Of a stretch of 64,000 nucleotides of DNA, positions 1-8,989 are shown in pieces. Below the pieces are notes generated by a model. The model was not told the DNA's origin. It made no database searches and worked only from the letters and a program-made list of their open reading frames with translations. The position numbers were made by a program, and so were the translations under genes. Source of the DNA: an uncultured Oscillospiraceae bacterium (lineage in GTDB: Bacteria > Bacillota > Clostridia > Oscillospirales > Ruminococcaceae). Location of the stretch: contig CAJTMU010000005.1 in assembly GCA_910577365.1 (NCBI GenBank), positions 8,489 through 72,488 of the forward strand, in the 5' to 3' direction. The number at the start of each line of letters is the position of its first letter. Position 1 is the stretch's first letter.

Positions 1-773
1 AAATCCCGCGCGGTTTCGGCGCAGCCCGACGGCTCTAAGATTTCGCAGACGCGCTCGGTGTCGACGGGTTTTGCCCTGAGATAGACCGCGATATCCATAA
101 ACGAGCGTATCCCCGTGCCGCCCTCTTCGTAATGCTTTAGGGCGTGGGCGATGACGTAGGCAAGGAAATAATCGTCGGAAAAAACCGCCCGCATACCGTC
201 GGAGCGCTCACAGAGTGAGAACGGCGAGGCGAATACCTCCCCGAACTGCCGCCCCTCCTCGCCGAAAAGCGCCCGATGTATCTCCACGTTCATTATGGGC
301 TTTTTATAATATATATCGTGTATATCATACCCAAAATGCTCGCATTCATAGCCAAGCCCTCGCATGATATCCCGCACGTCAGCCGCGTTTGTTTCGTCAA
401 CCACCATATCTATGTCAGCCATAGTGCGCATATCGGACTGCGGATACAGCTCTTTCAGAACGCTTCCTTTAAGCGGGATATGACGGATATTCTTTTCGGA
501 AAGCACCCCGCTTATCAGCTCAAGCTCGGTGAGCTGGTTGATATCCTTTACGACAGCCATGTCGCGGAGCTGCTCCCATTCGGACATCAGCGTCTCGGCG
601 GGCTTTTTCTCCAGACGCTCCACCGCGTAAAAAGCCGTGTTTGCTACGCTGTGCGCCTTTGCTACGCGGAAAACTTCCTCAAAGGAAATACCCTCAGGCA
701 GCTCCGGCGGCTTCTCGTTATTCAGAACGCTTCTCAGCAGCGCCAAGAGGTAGTCAAGCGCCTTAATTTCCAT
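1..773 (-). CDS. Nucleotidyltransferase family protein (NTP_transf_5-like), runs off the window edge
   Basis: Absent from the ORF track; translated by hand from ATG at 773: MEIKALDYLL...HIPLKGSVLKELYPQSDMRTMADIDMVV...VEIHRALF...HALKHY..GGTGIRSFMDI. The start overlaps the end of the ABC transporter. Confidence 0.85.
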   Translation of the reverse strand, partial: MEIKALDYLLALLRSVLNNEKPPELPEGISFEEVFRVAKAHSVANTAFYAVERLEKKPAETLMSEWEQLRDMAVVKDINQLTELELISGVLSEKNIRHIPLKGSVLKELYPQSDMRTMADIDMVVDETNAADVRDIMRGLGYECEHFGYDIHDIYYKKPIMNVEIHRALFGEEGRQFGEVFASPFSLCERSDGMRAVFSDDYFLAYVIAHALKHYEEGGTGIRSFMDIAVYLRAKPVDTERVCEILEPSGCAETARD

Positions 774-2418
774 AGCTTATATTACCGTCCTTTAACAGCA
801 GATGCTTTGTGCATATTTTCAGCGCGGCGGGGCGGTGGGTAACTATGATTACCGTCTTTCCGTCCAAAGCCGATATGTTTTTCAGCAGCCGCGCCTCGGT
901 CTGCTCGTCCAGCGCGGAAGTCGCCTCGTCCAAAAGAAGTATCGGCGCGCCGCCGAGTATCGCCCTCGCGACGGCTATCCGCTGTGCCTGACCCTCGGAA
1001 AGCCCAAATCCGTTTTCGCCAACGCGTGTATTCATTCCGTCGGGCAGAGCATCAATAAACTCCATTGCGCAGGCTATCTCCGCCGCTCCGCGCACCTCGT
1101 CCTCTCCCGCGTTATCATTTAAAAAGGAAATATTTTCGTATATCGTTCCCGAAAACAGCAGATTTCCCTGCGGAACATAGGCGAAAAGCGGACGCGTTTC
1201 CCTGCCTGCGGAGAAGCTCCCGCCATCTGACAGAAACGAAACGCTGCCGCTGTCGGGGCTGTAAGCTCCAAGAAGCAGCAGGAAAAGCGTGGATTTTCCG
1301 CCGCCCGAAATGCCGGTAAGCGACACGAAATCCCCCTTTTCCACCTCAATACCCACGTTTTTCAGCACATGGTTTTCCCCATATGAGAAGCTGACGTTCT
1401 CCAAAATTATCTTCCTGAAATCCTCCGCGGCAAGCAGCTTTTCCGCGAGCTTTTCCTCGGGAAGCTTTTCAAGCGCGATTATCCTTTCCGCGCTGGCGCA
1501 CATTGAAAAGTACCTCGGGAACAGCGAAGAAAGTCCTGCGAACGGCGACTGTATCTGGTTCACAAGCTGCAAAACCGCCGTGAGCGTTCCATAGCTCATA
1601 GTACCGCCGTAAATGCCCGCCGCGCCCCACATCAGCGCGAAAATATACCCCGCTCCAAAAGCAAGTCCCAGTCCCGCGTTTGCCGCGACGCTGAACGCGC
1701 TGCGTTTCATGCGTGCCTTATACATACCTGTCTGGTTTTCATCGTTTCGGGACAGCATTTTATGCTCCGCGCTGAAAACCCTTACTGCAAGCAGATTTTC
1801 AACCGTTTCCTGAAGAAAGCTTCGCACAGCGCCCTCGCACTCCTGCACACGGGTATGCAGCCTTTTCATCTTCGGGCGGAAAAATCTTGTGGCGGCAAAC
1901 ACGAACAGCCCCGCCGCTATGAAAAATATACCGAACCGCCAATCAAGCGAAAGCAGCACGCCCGCCGCGAAAACTATCCTGACCAGATTGTTCGCGGCAG
2001 TGGGAACAATGGAAATAACCCCACTCACCACCACCGAAACGTCCGAGAACATTCTGTTAAGCAGCTCGCCGCTGTGATAATCTCCTAAAGCTGAATATTC
2101 CCGTCTCATCAGGCACGCCAGAATATCCGCTCTCAGGCGGGATTCCATACGAGCCTGAACGTCCTCGGAAAGTATATTACAGGATATACGAATGATAAAC
2201 TGTGTTAAAATGACCGTTGCAAGCAGTATGCCGCTGTGGATTATCCCGCCTCGGTTTCCGTCCACCGCCGCATCTATAAGGTCGCGCATAAGCAGTGCCA
2301 TGTCAACGCTGACCGCGCCGAAAAGAGCGTTTCCCGCCAGAATAACGCCCAGCTTTATTCTCATACCCTTGGTGTGCTTAACGAGCCATTTAAAAGCTGC
2401 CCTTTCAGTGTGAGCCAT
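763..2418 (-). CDS. ABC exporter, fused transmembrane and ATP-binding domains
   Basis: N-terminal TM segments, Walker A GISGGGKST, signature LSEGQAQR, Walker B LLLDEATSALD. Confidence 0.92.
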   Translation of the reverse strand: MAHTERAAFKWLVKHTKGMRIKLGVILAGNALFGAVSVDMALLMRDLIDAAVDGNRGGIIHSGILLATVILTQFIIRISCNILSEDVQARMESRLRADILACLMRREYSALGDYHSGELLNRMFSDVSVVVSGVISIVPTAANNLVRIVFAAGVLLSLDWRFGIFFIAAGLFVFAATRFFRPKMKRLHTRVQECEGAVRSFLQETVENLLAVRVFSAEHKMLSRNDENQTGMYKARMKRSAFSVAANAGLGLAFGAGYIFALMWGAAGIYGGTMSYGTLTAVLQLVNQIQSPFAGLSSLFPRYFSMCASAERIIALEKLPEEKLAEKLLAAEDFRKIILENVSFSYGENHVLKNVGIEVEKGDFVSLTGISGGGKSTLFLLLLGAYSPDSGSVSFLSDGGSFSAGRETRPLFAYVPQGNLLFSGTIYENISFLNDNAGEDEVRGAAEIACAMEFIDALPDGMNTRVGENGFGLSEGQAQRIAVARAILGGAPILLLDEATSALDEQTEARLLKNISALDGKTVIIVTHRPAALKICTKHLLLKDGNISYGN

Positions 2419-2887
2419 TGGTCTGATCTCCCGATTTAAAGTGCTTTTGCAAAAATATCCTTCCGAGTTTTAATAATACCCTGCGTATAAAAAAGCCGCC
2501 CCAAAGCAATTTGTATAATTTATAAGAGAACTTATCCTGTACCTGCTTGCCATCTACGCTTATCTTTATGACCAAGCCGATTATCTGCCGAGGCTCTATT
2601 CCTTTTTCGGGAGCAGTCTGGTTATCGCCGCACATGGTATACCGTCCGTTGTCGACCCCGACAACACGGTGCAGCACATACTGCCCGTTATCGCGCAAAT
2701 AAAAGGCGATATCACCCTTTTTAAGCAGCGCGGAGGGCTTCGCCAGCGTTACACAGTCCCGCCCCTGCCGTATAAGCGGCAGCATACTTGTACCCTTGGG
2801 ATATATCACAAATTCCCCACCGCTGTCGAGCACCGCGCGTATGGTTTCGTCGTACTCGGCAAGGGAGAACTCCTCGCGGTCAGCCAC
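2405..2887 (-). CDS. S24/S26 family (signal-peptidase-like) serine peptidase
   Basis: GTSMLP catalytic-Ser motif, LKKGDIAFY, YVLHRVV, MCGDN. Confidence 0.85.
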   Translation of the reverse strand: MADREEFSLAEYDETIRAVLDSGGEFVIYPKGTSMLPLIRQGRDCVTLAKPSALLKKGDIAFYLRDNGQYVLHRVVGVDNGRYTMCGDNQTAPEKGIEPRQIIGLVIKISVDGKQVQDKFSYKLYKLLWGGFFIRRVLLKLGRIFLQKHFKSGDQTNGSH

Positions 2888-3149
2888 GATCGAGCAGCTC
2901 CGCGCGGCTCAGCTTTTCGGAGAACGCCGCCACATCCGCCGCCGCGGTTTCGCGGTCGGTATCGTATTCCGCGAGAAGCGCCTCGGTCAGCTCTTCGGCT
3001 GTATGTTCACTTTTAAGAAGCTCCCAAAGAAACGCACCCGTTTCGTTCAGCTTTATTATACCATTAAAATCCCTGCTTGCAGCGCCCACAGCTACAACCA
3101 CGTTCTGCCCGCCTACCTTGCGCAGCATGAATCCGTTTTTAATTTTCAT
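2880..3149 (-). CDS. PqqD family protein (stand-alone RiPP recognition element)
   Basis: 89 aa from ATG 3149 (MKIKNGFMLRKVGG...LNETGAFLWELL...LLAEYD...DVAAFSEKL), the typical PqqD pattern. Confidence 0.88.
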   Translation of the reverse strand: MKIKNGFMLRKVGGQNVVVAVGAASRDFNGIIKLNETGAFLWELLKSEHTAEELTEALLAEYDTDRETAAADVAAFSEKLSRAELLDRG

Positions 3150-3174
3150 GAATTTGCACCCCGTTTCTATGGAA

Positions 3175-3219
3175 ATTGTAGCATAAGCTATTGATTTTGT
3201 CAAGCTGTTATGATATAAT
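3175..3219. promoter_or_regulatory. Overlapping divergent sigma-A promoters
   Basis: Minus: TTGACA (3203-3198)-17-TACAAT (3180-3175) with extended TG. Plus: TTGATT (3191-3196)-17-TATAAT (3214-3219) with extended TG. Confidence 0.65.
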
Positions 3220-3248
3220 ATAGTTGAAAGTTTTTTGGGAGAACGGCT

Positions 3249-3509
3249 ATGAGGATAGAATATTCAAAAAGATCACAGAAAAGCCTTACGGAGATTCCGA
3301 TAAAAATGCAGGTAAAAATCGCCAAGGCGATTGAGGGACTGACACAAAACCCTCCCAAGGGTGACATAAAGACCTTGGAGGGATTTTCGGACGGCAGGAA
3401 GAGGTTGAGAGTAGGACAGTATAGGGTGGTGTATAAGTATCTTGATGACGGAACAATATATGTGTATGTCATCAACATCGGCGTAAGAGGAGATATTTAT
3501 AAAGGCTGA
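3249..3509 (+). CDS. Type II toxin, RelE/ParE family
   Basis: 86 aa, basic; GDIKTLEG...RLRVGQYRVVY...IGVRGDIYK. Confidence 0.88.
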   Translation: MRIEYSKRSQKSLTEIPIKMQVKIAKAIEGLTQNPPKGDIKTLEGFSDGRKRLRVGQYRVVYKYLDDGTIYVYVINIGVRGDIYKG

Positions 3510-3523
3510 AAGGAGTGATTTGA

Positions 3524-3748
3524 ATGTCACCGATAATGCAGGATTCAATAAACATGATAGAAATGCTGCCCGAGTCAGAACAGGCGTTTGTCAATGAAAT
3601 GCTCAAGCGTATAGTAAAGGCATGGGATCCCGACTTCACAAAGGTCACACCGAACGAGCGTTTGGAAATGGAAGAAGCGGAAAGAGAGCTTGAACGCGGC
3701 GAAACAGTTTCGCATGAGGAAATGTGGAAACATCTGAAAAACATTTAA
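3524..3748 (+). CDS. Putative antitoxin downstream of the RelE-type toxin
   Basis: 74 aa, acidic; WDPDFTKVTP...ELERGETVSHEE; RBS AAGGAG; directly follows the toxin. Confidence 0.7.
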   Translation: MSPIMQDSINMIEMLPESEQAFVNEMLKRIVKAWDPDFTKVTPNERLEMEEAERELERGETVSHEEMWKHLKNI

Positions 3749-3758
3749 AACAAAAAAT

Positions 3759-3789
3759 TGCTCCCAAGTGCCATTGGGGGCATTTTTTT
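3759..3789 (+). terminator. Rho-independent terminator
   Basis: TGCTCCCAA/TTGGGGGCA hairpin followed by a T-tract. Confidence 0.7.
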
Positions 3790-3998
3790 ATTTGTTGAAA
3801 CAAACATATCCTTTGTGATTACCATACCCATAACGATTCTTCATGATTGTTAAGAATAAAACGTCATAAAAATCGGTTATATAACAAAACTGGCAAAATT
3901 TACTTAAATTAACCCGCGGCATTATAAAAAATACTGCCAAAAGATGGACCAACAATTTGTGCAAATAGGAGAAAACCCTCAACACAAGCGAAAAAATA

Positions 3999-4027
3999 TT
4001 GACAAACCATACAATAAGATTTATAAT
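3999..4027 (+). promoter_or_regulatory. Consensus sigma-A promoter
   Basis: TTGACA-17 bp-TATAAT, a perfect match. Confidence 0.8.
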
Positions 4028-4119
4028 TGAAGTTGTAAACAACTGTTTGGGTCGTGCCGCAGCAGACAAAACGACACTTCACCAAATAAAATCTCGGTTT
4101 ATATTTTAGGAGGAAAGGT

Positions 4120-6651
4120 ATGAAACTAAAAAAAGTTTTGTCGGGCTTTTTAAGCGCGGCAATAGCTATCACCACTTCAATCATCACACCGTTACCAGTA
4201 AGTGCAGTGGCAGATGATGTAACCGTTGAAGTAAATGTTAGTCAAGATAGTCTTAACACAATAATTTTTCAAAATGAAAAAGGCAATGCAACCATAGCCG
4301 GCGAAGCATTTACATGGTCAGGTTATTGGGGGCAAGTTGATAAGACTACAAATGATGGCGATACACAGTATGCTTCCGCATTTACTTCAAGTTCTGCGGA
4401 TGGTTCTAAAAGCAAGGTTACTTTCTCCATCCCCAGTTCTTTTGAAAGTCTCAAATTAACAACCATTGGATTCGATAATACAGAATCAAAGAATATTGGA
4501 CATACTTTTGACCTTGATACTACTAAGGCGGTTAATAATCTGTTACAAGTTCAAATTGTTCCAAATGGAGATCTTACTGATGCGAGTTGGTATTATTCGC
4601 AACCCGCAAAAATTAATTACTTAAACGCTGAAAAGGCTCCGTTTGAAGGCGAAGAATTTAAATTAAATGCAAACCAAACATATAATTATCAGTCTTCAAA
4701 GCCTGTTACTGCAACGTTTAACGGCACTACCATGCAAGATTTTATTGATACGGTTGAATCCGTCACAGCAGAATTCGTAGTAAATGGTGCCACCAACGAT
4801 ACTGATAAGAATTTTGATATTTCCAAAGTAAAGTTTAGTTTCTCTCTTGTAAATACTGAATATAAATGGATTAATGTTGGCTCTTCTACCATTAATGGCA
4901 ATGTTGTAACCGTTACAGCAGATAATGCTACTATCAAAGCCGCAATTGAAAAAACTGCCGAAGATAATAGTATGGCTGCTGCCGACTTAATTTATAGTAA
5001 AATTGAACTTATTGGAGCAGTCGACCTTAGTGATACGAGTTCACCTGTAATAGTTTATCACGAAGATATCACAACGACAATTGAGGAAATCAGCGAAATT
5101 CCCGTTTCAAGCATATCCCTTAACAAAGTGACTCTTACTCTTGAGAAAGACAGTTCCGAAGTTCTTACAGCAAATGTAGAGCCCAATAACGCAACAGACC
5201 CGACTGTTACATGGACATCTTCCGAACCTACAGTTGCTAAGGTTGACCAAACAGGTAAGGTTACCGCGTTGAAAACCGGAACAGCTACAATTACAGTAAC
5301 CTCCACAGCTGACGAAACTAAAGCGGCTGAGTGCGAGGTAACAGTAACCAACCCTGCAACTGCTATTGCAATTCCCACAACTGCTTCTGTTCTCGTTGGA
5401 AAAACACAAACTCTTGCAGTTACCACAACACCCGCAGACGCAGACGAACTTACTTATACATGGACAACTTCCGACGCAGCTATTGTAACTGTCGCAGATG
5501 GTGTAGTTACAGGTGTTGCAGCGGGTACGGCAAAAATCACTGTAACCGCAGGCACACTCACGGCTTCTTGTGATGTTACTGTTACCGCAGAAGCTAAGCC
5601 CATTACGGCATTGACCATAAGCGATAATACCCTTGAGTTTGAAGAAGGCGAAACGGGCACACTTACCTATACTGCTACACCCGCAGATAATACTGACGAA
5701 ATTGAGTGGATAACCTCCAACGCTGATGTTGCGACCGTTAAAAACGGTGTTGTTACCGCTGTTGCGGAAGGTAAGGCTACCATCACCGTACAGGTAAAGG
5801 GAAATGAAACCATTTCCGCTTCCTGCGAAGTTACCGTTACCGCAAAGGCGCCCGAAATCGAAACCAAACCTTACAAACTTACAGTTACTGATGCTTCCAG
5901 CTGGGGCAAACCTGGTGTAACAAAGGCAGCGCAGATAAATGTTCCCATTACAACGCTGAACGGCTTTAAAGTTGGTACAACCACATACAAAGATATCAAG
6001 AACAAGACCCTTAAGCTTGAAAACCTTGGATTTGGAAGCTGCACCTTAGAGGGCGTAGAGGCTGAAAATGTCGAAGTAAGCATTTACTTACAGTTAGGTG
6101 CAAATTGGGAACACTGGTGTGCAACGGCAGATTACACTCTGGCAGACGGAGAAGTTGAACTTGATTTAAGCACACTTGCGGCTCAAGGCGTAAAGGACAC
6201 AGATGTACTCCAGGCAATCGGTTTCCAGTTCAACATCATGGGTACCGTTGGCGGTATCAACGATATGACAATTGGTGATAATATTACCCTTAACGCGGCT
6301 GAGCCTAAAATTTCAGTTGTAGGCGAAGAGCCTCCTGCTGAGGAATCCGACTATGATACTGGCAAGGTTGAGACGGTTGATGACTATGTTCCCGCTGAAG
6401 CAGGCACTGAGCTTGTGGTAAGATCAATTACTGCTACACAAGCGGCAATATATGATTCCTACACCATTACCGTAAAGGACAACAACGGTAAGACCTACAC
6501 AACAACCACCTCGGACTGCTACAAGGCGTTCAAGTATAACACCGCTAGCGGCGAAAAGACTGAAGAAGCAAACGGCTACTTCATTATCGTTAAGGTTACC
6601 AATGTTCCCGCAGGAACTACCGTTACCGTTACGATAGAACCAACTAAGTAA
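4120..6651 (+). CDS. Secreted/surface protein with three Big_2 (bacterial Ig-like) repeats
   Basis: Signal peptide ending PVSA; three repeats of W.(S/T)S...(V/I)..V..G.VT....G.A.ITV at about 5100-5845; RBS AGGAGG. Confidence 0.85.
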   Translation: MKLKKVLSGFLSAAIAITTSIITPLPVSAVADDVTVEVNVSQDSLNTIIFQNEKGNATIAGEAFTWSGYWGQVDKTTNDGDTQYASAFTSSSADGSKSKVTFSIPSSFESLKLTTIGFDNTESKNIGHTFDLDTTKAVNNLLQVQIVPNGDLTDASWYYSQPAKINYLNAEKAPFEGEEFKLNANQTYNYQSSKPVTATFNGTTMQDFIDTVESVTAEFVVNGATNDTDKNFDISKVKFSFSLVNTEYKWINVGSSTINGNVVTVTADNATIKAAIEKTAEDNSMAAADLIYSKIELIGAVDLSDTSSPVIVYHEDITTTIEEISEIPVSSISLNKVTLTLEKDSSEVLTANVEPNNATDPTVTWTSSEPTVAKVDQTGKVTALKTGTATITVTSTADETKAAECEVTVTNPATAIAIPTTASVLVGKTQTLAVTTTPADADELTYTWTTSDAAIVTVADGVVTGVAAGTAKITVTAGTLTASCDVTVTAEAKPITALTISDNTLEFEEGETGTLTYTATPADNTDEIEWITSNADVATVKNGVVTAVAEGKATITVQVKGNETISASCEVTVTAKAPEIETKPYKLTVTDASSWGKPGVTKAAQINVPITTLNGFKVGTTTYKDIKNKTLKLENLGFGSCTLEGVEAENVEVSIYLQLGANWEHWCATADYTLADGEVELDLSTLAAQGVKDTDVLQAIGFQFNIMGTVGGINDMTIGDNITLNAAEPKISVVGEEPPAEESDYDTGKVETVDDYVPAEAGTELVVRSITATQAAIYDSYTITVKDNNGKTYTTTTSDCYKAFKYNTASGEKTEEANGYFIIVKVTNVPAGTTVTVTIEPTK

Positions 6652-6663
6652 TGGAGGCATATC

Positions 6664-6822
6664 ATGAAAAAATATACATCTCCCGAAATCGAGATAAAGG
6701 CTTTTGCCGTTGAAGATATCATCACAGCCAGTGCACCGAGCATGGATACCAATCCCGGAACTCCCATTGCTGATGTAAACAGTGATATCGGTAATACGAT
6801 TGATTACAGTCAGCTCAAATAA
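6664..6822 (+). CDS. 52-aa putative RiPP precursor with a YxxP leader
   Basis: MKKYTSPEIEIKAFAVEDIITASAPSMDTNPGTPIADVNSDIGNTIDYSQLK; GGAGG RBS at 6653-6657; below the ORF-track cutoff. Confidence 0.8.
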   Translation: MKKYTSPEIEIKAFAVEDIITASAPSMDTNPGTPIADVNSDIGNTIDYSQLK

Positions 6823-6900
6823 ATGTAAAAATTTCTACTGAATGTCGCGGAGCGGCGGGCGCAAGCTTGCCGCTTTGCGGTTTTAAGAAAGGCGAATATA

Positions 6901-7056
6901 ATGTTAAAAAAATTAATTGCCTGTCTGCTCGCGCTGTTCTGCTGCGCCGCGCTCGCAGGCTGCACCAATGAGGACGACAGCTCCGAAAGCTCCATGAGCA
7001 GTGACAGCTCCGCAGGCGGCATGAATATCCATGAAATGTGGACGGACGAGCCATGA
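6901..7056 (+). CDS. 51-aa Ser/Asp-rich small lipoprotein
   Basis: MLKKLIACLLALFCCAALAG-CTNEDDSSESSMSSDSSAGGMNIHEMWTDEP; lipobox LAGC; GAAAGG RBS; TGA overlaps the next ATG (ATGA at 7053-7056). Confidence 0.75.
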   Translation: MLKKLIACLLALFCCAALAGCTNEDDSSESSMSSDSSAGGMNIHEMWTDEP

Positions 7057-7745
7057 AGTACAAAATCTGCGGTCTTAATGTAAGCTGCGATTTCCAATTT
7101 CCAACAATGACCGCCCGCGCTGAAAAATACAGCGCCGATTTCACGGGGGAAGCGGATATAACAATACCGCACAACGCCGATATATCCGAGTTGTTAGCCA
7201 ACAATCCCGCCCTCACCGAAGATGACTGCGAAATAATAACCACCGCCGAGAGCTTCTACAATAGCCTTATCCCGCGCGGCGGCTTTATGCTCCACGCAAG
7301 CGCCGTAGCGCTTGATAACCGCGCTTATCTTTTCTCAGCGCCAAGCGGCACGGGAAAATCCACCCACACAGCGCAGTGGCTGAAGCTCTTTCCCTCCGCG
7401 CAGATACTCAACGACGATAAGCCCGCTATTTTGCTGTCCGATGGTATCTTTGCGTGTGGAACGCCGTGGAGCGGTAAGTCTGATTTAAATTTAAATCTCA
7501 CTGTTCCGTTGCAGGGGATATGCGTTCTTGAGCGCGCGGAACAAAATTTCATTCACCCACTTCCTCCCGACGAAGCGGTTTTCGCACTGCTCAACCAAAC
7601 TATCCGTCCCGCCGACGAAAACCTTATGAGCACCCTGTTGGAGCATATTGACAAGGTAGTGAGCAAGGTTGGAATTTTCCGCATGGGCTGCAATATCTCG
7701 CTTAAAGCCGCACAAATCGCTTATAACGCTATGTCGCAGCAATAA
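7053..7745 (+). CDS. HPr-kinase-related P-loop protein
   Basis: MLHASAV, APSGTGKST, ILNDDKP, GTPWSGK motifs of HprK-related peptide-modifying kinases. Confidence 0.75.
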   Translation: MKYKICGLNVSCDFQFPTMTARAEKYSADFTGEADITIPHNADISELLANNPALTEDDCEIITTAESFYNSLIPRGGFMLHASAVALDNRAYLFSAPSGTGKSTHTAQWLKLFPSAQILNDDKPAILLSDGIFACGTPWSGKSDLNLNLTVPLQGICVLERAEQNFIHPLPPDEAVFALLNQTIRPADENLMSTLLEHIDKVVSKVGIFRMGCNISLKAAQIAYNAMSQQ

Positions 7746-7926
7746 CAACATACTTGACATTTACCGCTATTTTTTGGTTAAAGTGATGAAATTGTCCGCT
7801 CAGGAAATTTAACGCCACATAATTGCGCCAACTTGTCCCTTAAAGGCAAAGTTGGCGCTTATTGTCCATTGAAAAAAATCCGATGAGGAGTTATAATAGT
7901 GTAAATGGTTTTGAAAGAGGGAGAAT

Positions 7927-8595
7927 ATGAAAAAGCAATCGCTTTGGGGCAGATTTTTTCAGGTGCTTATTACTTGGACAGTCTATTTCCTGTTCCGCCC
8001 TAAGGTTATATATATTGACAAAAGCCTGAAAAAACGGCTGAAAGAAAAGCCAGCAGTTTTTGTCGCAAACCACACTCATCACTTTGACGGGGCATTTGCC
8101 GGAGCGGTTCTCGGACGCTTTAAGCCCTATGTGCTGGTAAAGCGAAGCTGGTACGAAAAAAAGGCTGTCGGCACAATGATATCATGGTGCAGGAGCATTC
8201 CCATAAGTCTTGACGAAGCGGACGGAGCGTGGTTCACCGCCGCCGAGCAGGTGATCTCCTCGCAAAAAAGCCTTATAATTTTTCCCGAGGGCGGAATTGC
8301 CCGCGAGGGAGTTATACAGGAATTTAAGGCGGGGGCGGGGCTTATTTCCGCAAAAACGGGCGCAGCGGTCGTTCCCTGTGCGATTTACGGTACATACAGC
8401 GCGGTTTTCGGAATGCGTCAGAAAATTCTGATAGGCGAACCGATAGAGAGTGCCTGTCCCGAGGATATGCGCCGCTCGAAGTACGCGCGTATACTGATGG
8501 AGCGCGCATGTGAAGAAGTGCGCGGGCTTTATGGAGAGCTTGTGCGGCGCTGCGGCGACTGCGGCAGCTATCCTAATGAAAACTTTGACAATTGA
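7927..8595 (+). CDS. Lysophospholipid acyltransferase (PlsC family)
   Basis: ANHTHHFD (HX4D), IFPEGG, FKAGA. Confidence 0.85.
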   Translation: MKKQSLWGRFFQVLITWTVYFLFRPKVIYIDKSLKKRLKEKPAVFVANHTHHFDGAFAGAVLGRFKPYVLVKRSWYEKKAVGTMISWCRSIPISLDEADGAWFTAAEQVISSQKSLIIFPEGGIAREGVIQEFKAGAGLISAKTGAAVVPCAIYGTYSAVFGMRQKILIGEPIESACPEDMRRSKYARILMERACEEVRGLYGELVRRCGDCGSYPNENFDN

Positions 8596-8633
8596 TGGGA
8601 AACCATTAAAAATTTTTATGTGAGGTATTTATC

Positions 8634-8876
8634 ATGAACACAGAAATCGCAGAGAAAATCAAGGCAATGCTGGTGGAAAATCTGAGGATCCCCGCGGACG
8701 AGCTGGAATACACCTCGGAGCTTTTCGGCGACGATATCGGACTGGATTCTATCGACTCCATCGAGATTATCGCTGGTATAGACAATCTTTTCGGCGTGCA
8801 GATGACGGGCGCGGCAAGAGAGAATTTCCAGTCTATTGAAACTCTTACAAAGTTTGTTGAGGAACATATGGAATAA
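8634..8876 (+). CDS. Acyl carrier protein
   Basis: 80 aa, acidic, IGLDSID phosphopantetheine motif. Confidence 0.9.
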   Translation: MNTEIAEKIKAMLVENLRIPADELEYTSELFGDDIGLDSIDSIEIIAGIDNLFGVQMTGAARENFQSIETLTKFVEEHME

Positions 8877-8989
8877 TTAGGATATTAATGCGGCGAAGCA
8901 GAACCGCACGATATTCCAAAAAATTTTATTGTGTTTCGGAACAGCCCATAAAACCGGGTATGTGAACCCGAAAGGAGTAGTCAATTATT

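Noticed and set aside
276..842. 188-aa plus-strand ORF
   Set aside because: Shadow of the nucleotidyltransferase on the minus strand.
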